From assembly GCA_046292465.1 (NCBI GenBank), contig JBKBRB010000006.1, positions 5,520 to 69,519 of the forward strand: a DNA stretch of 64,000 nucleotides, in the 5' to 3' direction. Numbering within the stretch: position 1 is the first letter of the stretch; the number at the start of each line of letters is the position of its first letter. Source of the stretch: Chloroherpetonaceae bacterium (GTDB lineage: Bacteria > Bacteroidota > Chlorobiia > Chlorobiales > Thermochlorobacteraceae). This document shows, in pieces, positions 61,887 through 64,000 of this stretch. The notes under the pieces are model-generated. The model made no database searches. It saw only the letters and a program-made list of their open reading frames with translations, and was not told the DNA's origin. The position numbers and the translations under genes are program-made.

Positions 61887-62795
61887 TTAATGCTCTTCGT
61901 GTGCTGCTGCCATTCCAATAAACAGGCTCGAGAGCATCGTAAAAATGTAGGCTTGCATAAACGCCACAAAGAGTTCCAGCCCATACATTGCCAGTGTAAT
62001 CGCTACTGCCGCCGGCGCAACAAGCCAACTTTTGAACACGAAAATCAACCCAATTAGCGTTACAATCACCACGTGCCCTGCCGTCATGTTCGCAAATAAA
62101 CGCACCATCAACGCAAAAGGCTTGATGAACATGCTCAAAAATTCAACGGGTATCATGATTATCCACAGAAACCACGGTGTTCCGCCTGTCAGGTGTGCCA
62201 GCCAACCGCCCAATCCATGTTCTTTGAGCATTGTGAACTGAACAATCACAAATGTGAAAACCGCAAGCGTGAAGGTAACCGAAATGTTACTCGTTGCCGT
62301 TGCTGCATATGGAATCAACCCCAGAAGATTGCATGTCAAAATGAAAAAGAAAACGGTCAGGAGATACGGCAGAAACCGTTCGTAGCCGTGTCCGATGTTG
62401 GCTTTGACAATGTCGATTCGCACGAAGTCGACAATCACTTCAATCAAATTCGCCAAGCCTTTTGGCGCTTCAGTAGGCTTCATTTTTTTGTATGTGTTTC
62501 CAATCGAGATGAAAAGCAGGAGCAGCGCCAGCGAAGCAACCCACATCATCACGACATGCCGCGTGATGGAAATATCAAAGCCTCCAATTTTTATCGTCGG
62601 AAGGTGAATTTCGCCGAAGGGTTCAAATTCAAGCGTGTTGCCGTCAGTTACATGGTGAAGCACATCAAACTTTTCTTCACTTTGAGCAACGCTTTCAACA
62701 TCAGCATTTGTGGGAGCAGCATGCGCCACTGGCACAACTGAAAAAAACGCGGCGAGGAGCAAACTTTTTAGAACTAATCCTTGCGGCAAGCGCAT
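61887..62795 (-). CDS. atpB: ATP synthase F0 subunit a (signal-peptide-like N-terminus; start 62795 or 62825)
   Basis: 'KPFALMVRLFANM.AGH', 'LE..VAFMQAYIF..LS'. Confidence 0.95.
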   Translation of the reverse strand: MRLPQGLVLKSLLLAAFFSVVPVAHAAPTNADVESVAQSEEKFDVLHHVTDGNTLEFEPFGEIHLPTIKIGGFDISITRHVVMMWVASLALLLLFISIGNTYKKMKPTEAPKGLANLIEVIVDFVRIDIVKANIGHGYERFLPYLLTVFFFILTCNLLGLIPYAATATSNISVTFTLAVFTFVIVQFTMLKEHGLGGWLAHLTGGTPWFLWIIMIPVEFLSMFIKPFALMVRLFANMTAGHVVIVTLIGLIFVFKSWLVAPAAVAITLAMYGLELFVAFMQAYIFTMLSSLFIGMAAAHEEH

Positions 62796-62827
62796 GGTGG
62801 TTAATCGTCGTAGAAAATACTCCATTT

Positions 62828-63217
62828 TTATGATGAAGAACGTTTTTCAAACTGATTTTTCTTTTGATACGCGAGGATTTCAAGAACTAAGTGTATGAAA
62901 TACAAAGCGACAAATGTTAGAGCAAACTCAAAGCGCATAACAGATTTTGTCAGAATCAATGACGCAACGCTGACCAACACACAGAGCGCACGAATCGCAT
63001 GTCCACTTAACACGATTTTGTAAAAATCACGATTGTCTTTATGATAAGCATACTCGTAAAGTAGGTATCCGGCGGAAGCATTCAAGACGGAAATCAGCCA
63101 AGCGTAAAATACTGACAGCGCATCGACCTCTTTGGCAAGCCCTGTTAGTAGAAGCAACAGCCAAAATAGGACTGCTAAAATACACGTCTTCAAGAAGAAA
63201 TCAAAAATCGGTTTCAC
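62828..63217 (-). CDS. AtpI-like 4-TM membrane protein
   Basis: GTG start at 63217 overlapping the upstream stop (GTGA); 4 hydrophobic segments; atp operon position. Confidence 0.65.
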   Translation of the reverse strand: MKPIFDFFLKTCILAVLFWLLLLLTGLAKEVDALSVFYAWLISVLNASAGYLLYEYAYHKDNRDFYKIVLSGHAIRALCVLVSVASLILTKSVMRFEFALTFVALYFIHLVLEILAYQKKNQFEKRSSS

Positions 63218-63477
63218 GTTTCGTGGTCTGCGGAAGTGGGCGGTTGTTGTCGTTTCTTGTCGATTTCTCGAAGCATCTTCCAAATGAGCGTGCCAATTGC
63301 GGTTAGAGTGCAGAGCGTGCCGACAATTAAAAACAGTGGTTTTGTTCCCAATATCTCGTCAAGCCAATATCCACCGAACACAAACAAGAAAAAACTAATC
63401 GCAATTTGCACACCGAACCCAATCAGTGAATCGTTGGCACGATAGATTTTGGCAAGTTCTTCCTGCGGTTTGGGCAT
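63214..63477 (-). CDS. AtpZ/AtpI-family 2-TM protein
   Basis: 'G.QIAIS...F..GGYWLD..LGTKP.F'; first gene of the atp operon. Confidence 0.85.
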   Translation of the reverse strand: MPKPQEELAKIYRANDSLIGFGVQIAISFFLFVFGGYWLDEILGTKPLFLIVGTLCTLTAIGTLIWKMLREIDKKRQQPPTSADHET

Positions 63478-63523
63478 GGCTCTGTTTCAGTTCGAGGTTC
63501 TGCGAAGGTAAGCGAGAACAGGC

Positions 63524-63563
63524 AAAAATAAAAAGAGCCGAATCGCAGGGCGCGAATCGACTC
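63524..63563 (-). terminator. Orphan Rho-independent terminator upstream of the atp operon
   Basis: Minus strand gagtcgattcgcg-ccc-tgcgattcggctc-tttttattttt. Confidence 0.7.
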
Positions 63564-63944
63564 TCTTCCAATTAACTATGACAATGAGAAGCTAAAGAAC
63601 ACAAAGAACATAAAACTTTTCGCAATTTAACACATTTAACCCGATTTACCTCAACTTTCCACCAATCTTTTACACACGGCTTGTTTATCTTGCTAGCATC
63701 TTGTTGCTACTACTTCATAGAACACGCAATTAGTAAGGAAAATTTTTGACTTTGTCAAACTTCTCTCAAAAAAAATTGGGCTAAACTCACGATGACTTTT
63801 ACTAAACCTAATTTTTTTAGGCTACTGGCGAATATAATTAAAAAAGTTAGTCTTTGCAACATTTTTATGTAAGAACTCACAAAACAATCACTCAACAGTG
63901 GCGATTTAACCGTTTCAATCATTAAATTTTGCAATAAGTTTCAC

Positions 63945-64000
63945 ATGCCTGATTTTATCCATTTACATACGCACACACATTACTCACTGCTCTCTTCGCC
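63945..64000 (+). CDS. dnaE: DNA polymerase III alpha subunit, N-terminus (runs off the window)
   Basis: ATG 63945 'MPDFIHLHTHTHYSLLSSP' is a PHP-domain start. Confidence 0.75.
   Translation, partial: MPDFIHLHTHTHYSLLSS

Noticed and set aside
60367-63477. atp operon lacking alpha/gamma/beta/epsilon as an anomaly
   Set aside because: Split atp operons are normal in Chlorobiota
1-64000. tRNA, rRNA, tmRNA, RNase P RNA, CRISPR arrays, transposases
   Set aside because: No T-loop/CCA, rnpB or ssrA motifs, regularly spaced repeats or transposase ORFs were seen by eye

Overview
This window comes from a phototrophic Chlorobiota (green-sulfur-bacterial lineage) chromosome. The bchF-bchC-bchX order, the F0+delta-only atp operon and a Por-type C-terminal sorting domain point to a Chloroherpeton/Thermochlorobacter-like organism; that placement is an inference. 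Most of the window is housekeeping: pgk, hscA, purL, secA, thiolase, ferredoxin, xseA, cysS, hemE, the atp genes and the start of dnaE. I found no rRNA, tRNA, CRISPR array or intact IS. The most interesting features are: (i) a co-oriented envelope locus at 14.4-28.2 kb next to secA, with a PorU-like C25 peptidase, a PorV-like barrel, an FN3-type lipoprotein, a mini-Wza/SLBB protein and two paralogous signal-peptide beta-barrel-like proteins with coiled-coil tails, one ending in a TonB-C/AgmX-like domain; (ii) a BchX carrying a C-terminal sigma-70 region-4-like HTH, with a palindrome over the bch promoter; (iii) a highly structured leader/upstream ORF in front of a lipoprotein + TonB-dependent receptor pair; (iv) a deletion scar joining two 5'-truncated divergent genes (TPR-LuxR regulator and T9SS cargo) head to head; (v) a polyprenol-kinase/GT2/methyltransferase/GT-C-like glycosylation cassette; (vi) a candidate sRNA between the atp operon and dnaE. 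All family calls come from motif recognition by eye; no database searches were run.
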